From NCBI GenBank assembly GCA_050613775.1, contig JBODTK010000119.1, positions 124,001-188,000 of the forward strand: a stretch of DNA of 64,000 nt. The letters run 5' to 3'. Below, one piece after another: positions 42,972-56,426 of this stretch; position 1 is the stretch's first letter; each line of letters opens with the position of its first letter. Under the pieces are notes generated by a model, which saw only the letters and a program-made list of their open reading frames with translations, was not told where the DNA came from and ran no database searches. The position numbers were made by a program, and so were the translations under genes. Source of the stretch: Neocallimastix sp. 'constans' (lineage: Eukaryota).

Positions 42972-45297
42972 CAATTGAATAATTCTGATTGATATATATA
43001 ATTTTTGGAATTTATTTTCATATTTAATATTATAATATTAATATATTAAGAAAATTTTTAAAATTTTGTATTACATTACATTACATTATTGTATTATATA
43101 TTTTATTATAATATTGATTTTAAGGTAAATATATTTATTAACAAAAAAAACACTATTTTAATACTATTTTAATGTTTGTCAAATATATATTTTTTATTTT
43201 TATGATTTGAAAATGAATTTTTATATAAATTATTTTCGTTCTCTCCATTAAATTAAATTTTAAATAAATATTATTCGCATTTTAAAAAAAAAAAAAAGCA
43301 CGAAAAAGATGAAAATATTTTTATTATTTTTAATATAAAAAAAAAAAAAAATTAAAAATTTAATATTAGTAAACAAGTTATTTATTAATCTAAAAATTAC
43401 TAATTTATACCCATATATTTAAAAGTTAATTTTAACCCAAAAAAAATCATTTCTAAATTTTTTATGGTAAATATTTTTATTAATAATAATATTAGAATTT
43501 TTTTATTTATTTTTAATAATACTTAAAAAATATACATATTGCAAATATTTAATTTAGCAATTCATTTTTTTTTTTAAATAATAATTATATAAATAAATAA
43601 ATTATAAAAAAATGAAAAATATACATATTTAAAAATATTTTATAATTTAGCAATTCATTTTTTTTAAATAATAATTGTATAAATAAATAATAAAAAAATG
43701 AAAAAATAATTTTAATAAATAGTTTTAAATTTCTTTAATAAAACCTTTCATTAAACATAATACAATTCAATGGTAATTAAAATACATATTACTAATAATA
43801 AATAATAATTTTTAATATAACTGAAATTATTTATTACTATTATGATTGTTATTATAAATAACAATAATAGTAATAAATATGAATTTTTTTAATTATTAAA
43901 TAAAATATATGTATATTTTATACTCATATAAAAATTAATCAGTATATATTTTTAAATTAATATAAGAATATGGGGAATATTTTTATATTAAAAAAAGTAT
44001 ACTATGATTTAATTTTATAATAAATAATTAAATTAGTATATAAATAAATCCATATTGTTTTAAAATAATTTCTTTAAAATGTATAATAAACAAAATATTA
44101 CTTAAAATTTATTATTAATATATATATATATTTTTTTTATTAGTAAATAAATATATATATATATTATTTAAAATATTTTATATTTCAGTAAAATATTTTA
44201 AAAAAAAAAATATTTTAAAAAAAATATATAAAGTTTATATAATGTCTTTATATTCTACATTAATATATTATTAATTAATTTTAATTAATATCTTAGATAT
44301 ATTCATCTCATATAAATTATATAATTTTTTAATTATTTATAAAAGTAAAAATTATGATAAAAGACTTCATTTACCTAATTAAAATTAATTCTAATGTTTA
44401 AAAATAATATAAAAAAACACTAATGAATGCAAAGAATTATATTAAAGTAAAATAATAATAATGATTAAAATTAATAAATGATAAATATGATAATAATATA
44501 AATAGTCCGTTAATTTTTAATTATTATTAATTTTATTTTTATGCTTTTGTTTATAATGAAATGATTTAATAAATAAATATTAAATTTAATTTTCCATGAT
44601 ATATTAAAAATTTATTTATAGGTATAAATTCAATTAGTATATAAATAATTAACAAGGTTTGTTTTTATCATAAAAAAAAGCAAAAAATTTTATTTTTTAT
44701 GAAACAATTTGTTGTGGAACATAAAATTAATATAATTAATTTCCTGTATACCATAAATAATATAATTATTTTTATACAATCATAATTACAATAATAATAA
44801 TTCTTTTTTAATTCCATAGGAATTACTAATTTTATTTTATTAAAAAAAAAAATTAAAATTTAAGCTTTAGTTTAGATATTTATTATATTAAATGAAGTTT
44901 TAAATATTAATTATATATTGTTATTTTATATAATTAGTTTCTAATTATATAAATTAATTAATATAAAGTATAATTAAACTTATTAAAATACTTTAATATT
45001 ATATAATATTAAAAAAAAAAAAAAAAAAGATATTTCAATTTGAAAATTGTATATTAGTTTAAATAAATCAATACTTTTATAGATAGAAAAAATTATATAA
45101 ATATCAAGAAAAAGTTTATTTTTTTTTTAAATCTATTTTTTTTTAATTATATATAAAATTATCATTATTAATTATAGCATAAATAATTATTTATTTCAAT
45201 TTTAAAGCTATTTTTTTAAATTATATATAAAATTATCATTTTTAATTATAGCATAAATAATTATTTATTTCAAAAGTAAAGAAAAAATTATAAAGTT

Positions 45298-47287
45298 ATG
45301 AATATACATATTTTAATTAGTATATTAATATTTATATGTGAGTAATTTAACTTTTTTTTTTTTTTTTTAATTATATATAAAATTATCATTATTAATTATA
45401 GCATAAATAATTATTTATTTAAAAAGTAAAGAAAAAATTATAATATTTTAATTAGTATATTAATATTTATATGTGAGTAATTTAACTAATAATAAAAGTA
45501 GTAATAACATTAATGTTAAGAATAATAAAATATTAATATAATTAATTTTTATAATGTTTAATATTAAATATAAACTGTATAGTCCAAAATGTTTATGGAT
45601 ATGACAATCTAACAAATCCAAATTCAACTTCTTCAACCAAATTATTATATAATTATCTTGTGAATAATTTTGGGAAAAAGTATTTAATATTTATAAATTT
45701 AATATAAATTTTTTTAGTAATATTTTTTTTCTTATTTTAAAGCATAAGAATATATATATATTGTAAATACAAAAGTATTAAAATAATAATAATAATAATA
45801 ATAATAATATAAATTACTTTATAAAATTAAAGAATAATATCAGGACAAGTTGGTTCTGCAGGATATTTAGAAACTGAAGAATTCGATTATATAAAAAAAA
45901 TTACTGGAAAAACTCCAGCAATGTTCAATGTTGACTTTATTGTAAAATATAAAATAATATTTCTTATTTTTAAAAGTGATTTATTATAAATAATATATAT
46001 TAATATATTAATTGTTATATTAATTATTCATTAATAGTATCATTATAATTATATTCTAAATATTATGATATTTTAATACTTTTAAATAATAAATAGTTTG
46101 AATCTCTAGATCATGACTGGAAACCAGATGATAGTATTGCTGATATGGTTTTAGCTTGGTGGAAGAAATATGAAGGAAAAGGAATATTACATGCTCAGTG
46201 GCATTGGAATAAAAAAGGAAGTGATGGTCAAGTTAGTTTCTATACTAAAAATGTTGATTTCGATATAACTAAAGCTCTAATTGAAGGTACCAATGAATAT
46301 AAAAGTATTATGGCAGATATGGATTATATTGCTTCACAAATAAAAATACTACAAGACAAAGATATTCCAATTATTTGGAGACCATTACATGAAGCTTCTG
46401 GAGGTTGGTTTTGGTGGGGTGCTAAAGGTCCCGAACCATGTGTAGCGCTGTATAAAATGATGTATGAAAGATTTACCAAAGTTCATAAATTGAATAATTT
46501 AATATGGTGTTGGAATGGAGGAATTGGTAATTGGTACCCAGGAGATGAATATGTCGACATAATCTCAGAAGATGTTTATGATAAACATAGTTCATTTGCC
46601 TCAAAATATAATTCTTTACTTAATCAAGTAGGAAATAAAAAAATTATTGCATTATCTGAAAATGGTAGTTTACCTGATATTGAATCTTGTATGAAAGAGA
46701 GAATTACCTGGAGTTTCTTTTGTACCTGGAATAATGAATATATTTTAAATAATAGTGATAATATCTATAATACTCCTGAATATATTAAAAGTGTTTATAA
46801 CAGTAACTATGTTATTACTCAATCAGATTTACCATCTTTTGCAACAAAATCATTAGATTATGAAGTTAAGACAGTTTCAAATGGATTTCCAACTTGTAAA
46901 TCATGCGATGTTACCGCAACAGGCACTGATGGGGTCTCTCTTTGGGGATGGGAAAATGAAAAAGTAAATTAATATTATTTTATATAAAAATATTAAATAT
47001 AAATATTATATATATTAAAGTAATATATATAAATTTTTTATTAGATTTCATCATATAAATATTTATAATATTAATAATTTTATTTATTTTAAATAAAAAT
47101 TATTATTGAAATAATTAAATAGTCTTGTAAAATAGACAAAGATAGATGTTTTAATTTGAATAATAAACTCATTAATAATAATGTATCTACTTTAAATGGT
47201 ACCATGGAATCAACTGGGATAAATAATTCTACAAACATGATGTTTACATTATTATTATTATTATTATTATTAATTTTTAATCAATAA
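45298..47287 (+). CDS. Secreted GH26 endo-beta-1,4-mannanase with one dockerin/CBM10-like module and a hydrophobic C-terminal tail, 5 exons (45298-45337, 45583-45679, 45833-45941, 46097-46963, 47123-47287)
   Basis: Signal peptide MNIHILISILIFIFQNVYG. GH26 motifs IISGQ, TGKTPA, WRPLHEASGGWFWWG (acid/base Glu), WYPGDEYVDI and ALSENG (nucleophile Glu). Cys module GFPTCKSCDV...LWGWENEKSCKIDKDRC. Tail MMFTLLLLLLLLIFNQ*. Confidence 0.92.
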
Positions 47288-47340
47288 CTGAATTAATTAA
47301 CCATTTTTCTTTGTACAAACCAAATAATATATAACAAATC

Positions 47341-47371
<31 letters not shown>

Positions 47372-47874
47372 ATAATAATAATAATAATAATTTAAAATAT
47401 AATTTATATATAATTAATATAAAATACTTTTTACGTATAATTTGTACATATATTTGATTTTTATAATTTTTTAAATAAGTTATTAATACATATATGTCAA
47501 TAGGTAATAACAAGTTAATGAATTATATGAAAATATAATTTGGAATATATGATAAATTTTTTTTTATTGTTCCTTTTTTTTTTTTTTTTTTTTTTTTTTT
47601 TGGTTTAAAAAAAAAAAAAAAATAAAAAACATATATTAAAATTTATTGTATTACATTATCATAATTAGTATTAGAATTATATACTAATTATAATAAAAAA
47701 CTATTTATTAATAATAGATTATTGATACGTTTAAGTATTATTAATAAAATACATTTCTTTAGTAAAATATTCGTAATTACTAAATAAAGTATTTTACACA
47801 TAAATTATATATATATATATATTATATAATTTTTTTAATTATATGGTATGCTATAATTTACATTAAATTTTATC

Positions 47875-47905
<31 letters not shown>

Positions 47906-48153
47906 TATATAACTTGATTAACTTGATGATAATATTTATACAATGATGCAGTAGTTAATAAATATAAAAATAATTTATTGAAGTATTTTTGATAATTTTT
48001 ATGATAATTATTTATATTAAAAAGGTTTTAATAAGTGCTCATATTGATTTTTTTCTCAAAATATTTTTATAAGATATATCCCCTAAATTTTTAGTATACA
48101 ATAGCAAAAAAAAAAGAAATTTTTTATTATTTATATAGAAGCAAAAAAAATTT

Positions 48154-51100
48154 TCATCCATAATACGATGTTCTGAATTTTGGAGTATAAAAACTTTTTT
48201 GTTGTGCTATTGATATTTGACCTGTTTGATTTGTTACTATTGTTGATGGCTTATTTGTCATACCTTTATTAATTGTATTCTCAACTGTACTAGATAACAT
48301 AACTTTACTATTATTTGGTAATCCATGATGTATTAAATCATCAGCTTGATATGTTGCTGAACCTCTAGTATCTAGTGATGCATTTGGTGTTGTTGAGGAT
48401 TCAACAGTATTTTCCATTGTATTAATAATAGCTCTAAATCTCATAAATTTCGTAAACAAGCCTTCTTTATTATTATTTGTATTTAATGTAACGGGTTGCT
48501 TTATTTCTTCTGGTTGTAATGGCTTTGGATTATCTATTGAAAGATTATAGGCTTCCTTTAATTGAATAAACAATGAATTATACTTTTGAATTTCAGCTTG
48601 ACTTCCACAATATTCTACAAGCTTCGAATAAATAATACCATTGAAATATGGTATTCCAGTTAAATTACGATCAGAACCATTATATATAATACCCTTTTTC
48701 CATGATTTAATAGCTTCCGATATTTTACCAAATATAAGATACTTTAAGCCATAACATAAAGATAAGAAAGGAATTGATAACAAGTAGGATTGAAAATGAT
48801 GTTCTAATATATCAATCATTTTATTCAATATACTGAGACAGATTTTACATTGTTCTCCTCCATAGTGAAAAACATCTTGATTATAACATTCATATAACAT
48901 TTCAATAAAATGATTAAAACATAGTAGAATAACCCAACTTGAACGATTTAATTTATTTAAAATATTTATACATTTCTTCATATTATGCCAAAAATTTTTT
49001 AATATGTCTACATGTAATCTATATTTTACATCAGCCATTAAAGCATAGAATAATAACTGAATGGTATAATTAACTGTTTCAGGTTTATCACCCAATTGCT
49101 CTATTAGCTTCATCATATTTAATACTAATGACATATCATCTTCATCATCAATGGCTAAATAATTTAAATAAATTAAAGAAGTTGATAAACATTTATTTTT
49201 CCAATTATTCCTTTCAATGCCTTTATAATACAGTTCCTTTGCAAATTTTGAACTAATTTTAAAATTTCCCCTATGGAATTCCATAAATGATCTTAATGTC
49301 AAACCTAATTTTTAATTTACATAAAAATCATAAATTAAGTATTTAAAAATTGAATATTATTATTAAAAAGTTATATTTATTTATGTTTAAATTTTTAAAT
49401 TTATTATTAATGTTAATTTAATTTATTTCTTATTTTATTTTGTTTTATTTTGTTTTATTTTATTCTGTTTTAATTTATTTTAATTTATTTTTTTTTATTT
49501 TATTTTATTTTACTTTATTTTATTTTATTCAATCAGTACTTTTATATTCATTTTCTCTTATTTATTTTATTTTATTTTATTCAATCAGAACTTTTATATT
49601 CATATTCTTCTATTTATTTTATTTTATTTTATTCAATCAGTACTTCTATACTCATATTCTTCTATTTATTTTATTCTATTTTGTCTTATTTTACTTTATT
49701 TTATTATTTTTCTTACATCTTTCATATTATTTTTTAATATTTTTTTTTTGTTTTAGTGACTTTTTAATATTTATATCATACCTTTGTATATATAACTACG
49801 TTCATTCAAGTCATAACCCAATCTAATAAGATTATCAAATTTTTTTGCAGCAATGTTCCATTTTCCAATAATAAAATTAGCTAAACCTAAATTATCGTAC
49901 GTAATTAAATGATTGATGGTATTTTCATTTTGATTAAAAATTACTTCTTCGGCTTTTAATAGATAAACCCAACTAAGATCGTATTGCATATCACTTTTAG
50001 ATTTGATTAAAAGATTAAGTCCATACATTGTTAATAACTGTGCAAACTGAGGATCTGGATATAATTTTACAGAATAAAGAATTCCAAGTTTTACAGTCAT
50101 TAAAAAATATTTTAGTACATGTTGTTCATTATAAATTTCACTTAAACCTAATAAACAATTTCTTATAGCTTCAGTACGATCTTTATTTTTATACTCAATT
50201 TCAGCCTTAAAGTTATTTTTTATTAAAGCTTTATGTTTTGAATTGTATATACTTTCTTTTATCTTTATGGTTAAATTACTCTTAGGTAAACTAATTTTCA
50301 TTAATTCTAAAGCAATGCTGATGTGTTTTTCAGCTTCTTTATACATCATGATCTGTAAATATGCATCACCCAATTCTCTATGCCATTGACTTAGTGTTTC
50401 ATTACTAATTTCCATAATTAAAGAACTATCCTCATCTTCAAACATCTTAAATAATAATTTATAATATTTGATAGTTTCATGCATAGATCTAATTTGATAG
50501 AAATATCTACACACTAGTTCAAGATATTTTCTTGTTTTTTTCTTCTTATTAGAATGTGAATAATGCTCATATACAATAACTAAGAGATTTTTTTTATCAG
50601 AACTTTCTAAGTATTGTTGTTCATAATAATGTGCAAGAAAGGAGTGAATTTTCGTTCTTTGATCAAATGTCATCATTTTATATATAGATTTTTGCACGTT
50701 AGAACTAATAAACATATAGCAAACATATAACCAATTGCTATCATTCGGTGAATCTACTTTTTTTAGAAAATTGTATTTATCTAATTTATCTATATCTAAA
50801 TATTTAATAGCATTTAGGGTATTTTGTATATCTTTCTTTTTTGAAGATGAATATATATATTGCATAATATCATATACATAAAATTGTTGTCCAATAACAG
50901 ATGCCACTCGAAGAAATGATTGCATATTAGGTTGGAGTCTATCAAATTGGGTAATAATAATACTTTCAAGATCACCACCAGGTATAATTTCTTCAAGATC
51001 ATCAGTAAGTACTGTTAAATATCCCATATTATCCATTTTACATGCTTTACCTTCATCTAACATCCATGTTACCATTCTTCTAATAAACATAGGGATACCT

Positions 51101-51201
51101 ATTAGTTATTAATTTATAATAATAAATATATAGAATTATTAATATATAAATATTTTATTAATATTAATATTATTATTATTATTATTATTATTATTTTTAT
51201 A

Positions 51202-51261
<60 letters not shown>

Positions 51262-53112
51262 TTAATATATTTTCAAAATAATTATAATACCTTGTGTTTT
51301 TTGATATATAATATCTAAAATTTTAGTGGATACACCTTTACATGGTTTATTAAATTTTGCTGTACATAAATGTTTTATGATTTCACAGGTTGCATCTTCT
51401 GAAATTCCACTTAATATAATTTTTCGTGAATTCGAATTTTTCATTTTTTGAAAAATTTGAACACCCTTTTCTTTTGAAGAATAACCTGAATCGGGAAAAC
51501 TAAATAAACAGAATAGTAATTTTGGTTTTTGTTGAAAAATTAATTCAGTTAATTTCCATGATAATGGATCTGACCATTGTACATGATCTATGATTATAAC
51601 TAAAGGGACTCTATATGAAACTTTAACTAGAATTCTTATCAATAAATTGTTTAGTTCATTAATTTTTGTTTGATTGTTTATTTTTTTCAAGCTTTCAGGT
51701 ATAGGAAAATTTAATTCTGGTAATGCAATAGAAAATAAAGGAGCTAATTCAAGATTTTCCCCTAAATAATTTAATCCATCTATAATTTCTTTCTCAATAC
51801 CAGAAGAAAAATTTTCTGAATAACTTTGGTCACTTCTGCTATTCAATGTCCGTAGTTCCATTATATCAACATTTGAGTTTGATGATTTATTTTCAAAAGA
51901 TTTTGATTTTGGAATAGAACAGTCATTGTCAAAATTTATTTCATGCTTATAAGATAGTATTGGATTTTGATTATTTGAATTAAATGAGTTATTTTGTATT
52001 ATATTTGGTGAATTTATTTCGGAATTTGTAGATGATAGTGATAATATATTATTATTTATGCTGATGTTATTTGTTATATTAGTATAGTTACTATTACTAC
52101 TGTACAAATTTATTCCAGAATTAATAGAATTTCCTTGTTCATCTTGCCGTAGACTTTTAATATGCTTTGGGTTATATATAATATCATCAGATGTTTTTAT
52201 GCTATCTGAATATAATTTTATTTCATCTGTAGTTATTGAATTTTCAGTTCTTAAATTTTCTAATATTGGTTTAATTGAGCTAATTTTTCTAATTAGTTTA
52301 AATAATCCAATAATTACTTGATAATAAGTTGAATATGGTGTTGCTTTATCTTTCTTTCTAGAAAACCCAACACTATTATGAAAATAATATAAAAAACAAC
52401 ATAAAATTAAAAATTAATTCTTCGAAATATATATATATATATATATTTATTTTATTTTATTTATTTTATATATATATATATATTATTATTATTATAAATT
52501 GCTTTAATTATATATTAATAAATTGAAATAATAATATTTCAATTAATTATATACCATATATTGAATTTTAGTTTCTTTGATTCACTAATTAATTTATCTT
52601 CTAAAGGGATTAATCCTAGACCTTCATCTCCTTCAATAATAATAGTTTTATTATTACCATTTCTATCATAATCAATTAATTCTTTATTTAAAATTGAAAT
52701 TTCTTTCTCTCTTCCAATTAATTCAATATCATCTTCCTTATTTTCAGATAAATCTCTTTCATCTGTTATTCTTGATTTTAGTTTTATTGGTTTATATACT
52801 TTAATAGAATTTGCTTTACCTTTCACTTCCATTAACCCAATATCTTCAAATAAAACTGAATCTCGTGATAGTGAATATGTTGTTTCGTCACAATATACAG
52901 TCCCATTTTTTGCTTTCATCATAAGACGAGCTTTTTTATAAAAGATATTAATGAATAATAAGAAGATATAGTTTAATTTTAAATAAATTTATAAATAGGG
53001 AAGAAGATTTTATGAAAATTTAAAAAATATGTATTATATAAGGTTTAAAAATGAATTCTTACCAGCCATATTTACTGAATCACCGACCTTTCAATAAATT
53101 TTAAATGATTTT

Positions 53113-53144
<32 letters not shown>

Positions 53145-53403
53145 TTATTATAAATTACAAAATAAAAATCATTACTAATATTAATATAAAAATTTTTTCA
53201 CTTACTACTGAATAATCTGACCGTATTTTATTTCCCTATTTCAAATTTAATACAATATATATTTATTAATAAAATAGATTTAAAAATATAATAATAATAA
53301 TAATAATAATAATTAACAATAAAATAATTATAAAAAAAATTAGATTCCTTAACATTATAAAATTTAATTTCAATTTTTTTTTTTAAAAAAAAAAAAAAAA
53401 AAC

Positions 53404-53434
<31 letters not shown>

Positions 53435-54749
53435 TTAAGAAGAAAAGATATACTTACAATACCACCAACCCATGTCATTCCTGTACCAACCCCAATAGTA
53501 AAATCTTCTAATATTCTTTTTAAATTTGAACATATCTGTAGTGATGATTCAATGCCATTTAATGCATCATTATTATGAGAATATGGAGGAATACCAAAAT
53601 ATAAAAGGATAACTGCACCTTTATCATCATATAAAAATTGTCTTAGTGTTCCTTCCTGTACTGCTAATATACGTTGCACTGCATTTAGTGCTTCTTGCGC
53701 TATTTGTAAATCCTCTTTACTTTCAAATTTTACTTGAGACAACCGTATAAAAACAGTAGTAACTTTTCTTAATTCACTAAATTCTACAAGATTATTTACA
53801 CCACTTTCCATTTTATGCAATGCACTTACATTAACATAATACCTCCATTTATTATATAGCTCTTTATCAAAATATGATTCTTTCTGGGTATTATTTTGTA
53901 AACTCCTTTTCTCCACATTAAAAACATTATCTGGAATTTTACCACTCTCAATTATAACACATCCATCACCATTATAATTTATTGTTAGATATTTTTTAAA
54001 TTCATCATTAAAATTTTTAACAAATTTCCATGCTTGGTTTGAAATTGCGATTTGCCCTGTATATTACATTATTATATATTTATATTATATATATGTATAT
54101 ATTTATATATTTAGGTATATTATAAATTTAAAAAAAAAAAAAAAAAAAAATTAATAAAATTATATGAATAAAAAATGAATAATAATAAAAAAATTTTTTA
54201 TTAAATATTAAATATAGATAGATAGATATTGATTTTTGAACAAATCTTATTAACCTGATTTTGCTTCATCAAGAATTTTTGATATTTGAGAAGTAACATT
54301 TCCTTTTTTTAATTACAATTAATATAGTAATAAAATTATAATAAAAAATATCAAATTTTAATATTTTATAAAACAAAACGTTTTATTTATTTATTATAAT
54401 TATTTCAATACAACAATATCATAATAAATATAATTATTTATTTATACCAGCAATAAAATGTTCCCATCGACCAGGAGGACCACCTACATGTATATGAAAC
54501 ATATTTCCAGCACCTAAAGCTAAATGTATACCCAATACTGTTTGATATCCCGGAATATATACTGGATTTTCATTAACTGTTTTAATTAAATCCAAACAAC
54601 ACATTATTACATTTATAATCATAAAACCTGCATCAAAAAAATTAAAAGTACTATCCGCTCCAACTTCTGATAGATCATTTCCTAGATCATATGTCCAACA
54701 AAATATAACAGCATCCCCTATTATTAATAATGTTTATAATATTATTATT

Positions 54750-54780
<31 letters not shown>

Positions 54781-55121
54781 CAACGTTTTATTATTATTAT
54801 TATTTTAATGAATTGTAATGTAATTTTATATTAAAATTTTTTTAATTTGAATTACGTTAATAATATTATTACTTAATTATTGTATATATTATATTATTTT
54901 TTAAATAAATCAAAAAAAAAAAAAAATTTTTTTTTTTTTTTTGAAATTCTTATATTTTAATTTATTTTTAATATTTTTTATTTTTATAATATTTACCAGC
55001 AAATTTTACTAGTTAAAGAAATGAATGTTAGAAATGTTTGGTTTTTCGTGTAGATGTGAATTATGTAGATGAATGAATGTTAGATGGATATAATTAGTGT
55101 TTAATAAGTATAGATGAGAAA

Positions 55122-55168
<47 letters not shown>

Positions 55169-56075
55169 ATATTATTAAATAGTTGTAATTTATTTATTTT
55201 TGTTTTTGTTTTTGTTTTATTTTTATTTTTTGATTATTTAAAATAGAAAAAAAAATAAAATAAAATAATATATATAGAAATATATAAAATTAAATTGTAT
55301 TTGTTAAAAAATTAAATTAGCAATAGATTATAATCAATTATTTATAATAATTCTTATTATTGTTATTGTTATATTTATGATGATATTAAATTAGATAATT
55401 ACTCAGATCTCCTCCATATTGTGTTATTACATCTATTAACATATCTAAATATCCATTCATTGTTTTTGAAAGTAATTCAGCACCAATACTACCTTGTTCT
55501 GCCAGTACTGATGCTAATTTACTATATCCTGTATACCATTATTTAATTTTATTAATTATGTTTTTTTTTTTTTTTTTTTTTTTTTCAAAAAAAATAAAAA
55601 GCAATGTAGTATATTAATAAAAAAATGTGGATATTTGATAAAAATTTTTAATCATGATTATATATATTAATATAAATAATATATGAAAATTATATATATA
55701 TAATAATTAAATATAGTTTAATCAATATCATAAATATATATTTCATAATTTATATTTGAAATATAAATGAAAATAAAAATAATATTTAATTTTAAAATAT
55801 ATATATATATGTATATGTATATTAGGAAAAAAAAAATTTTTTTTTTCTCTTTAATGATTCATACCACTAATATCTGCTATAACGACAATACCATAGCATG
55901 GCAATGCTTGAGGTGTTAAGCTTTTTATATTAGGTATTGTTGATAAATATTTTCGTATATGATCTGATAAAAAAGGAGATACATTTTTACATAATTCTCT
56001 ATAATATTCTGCATCATTGGTATTATTGGTATTTATAAAACTATTTATATTACTAACATTTATTATATCTGTCAT
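48154..56075 (-). CDS. Soluble adenylate cyclase type 10-like protein (two class III cyclase domains + STAND-type NTPase-like region + helical C-terminus), 12 exons
   Basis: C1: IADISGYSKL and GGDLIKFAGDAVI (needs the 12-nt micro-exon 55008-54997). C2: ELRKVTTVFI, FLYDDKGAVILLYFGIPP, GNKIRSDYSVVGDSVNMAARLM and VKGK. Then LIGREKE, IIEGDEGLG, IIIDHVQWSD, QGIPMF, IITQFDRL and RVASVIGQQF. Confidence 0.93.
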
Positions 56076-56328
56076 TTGTCTTTATTTATATTAGATTTTC
56101 AAATAATATATTATAAAATAATAATATTAATTATTATTATATAAAAAAGAAAAAAAATTCGATAGATATTCTTTTCCGAAAAACCTCGATCAATAAATAA
56201 TGTAAGTTTTATGAGTTTAATATATGTTTCTTAATTATAAAAAAAAAAAATTGTCTAATATATTTGATATATATTTCAATTTTATTATAGTATAATGTAT
56301 ATATTATATTATGTTAAATTGTTGTATT

Positions 56329-56360
<32 letters not shown>

Positions 56361-56390
56361 TATTGAATATTTTTTATTAAATATTGATTG

Positions 56391-56426
<36 letters not shown>

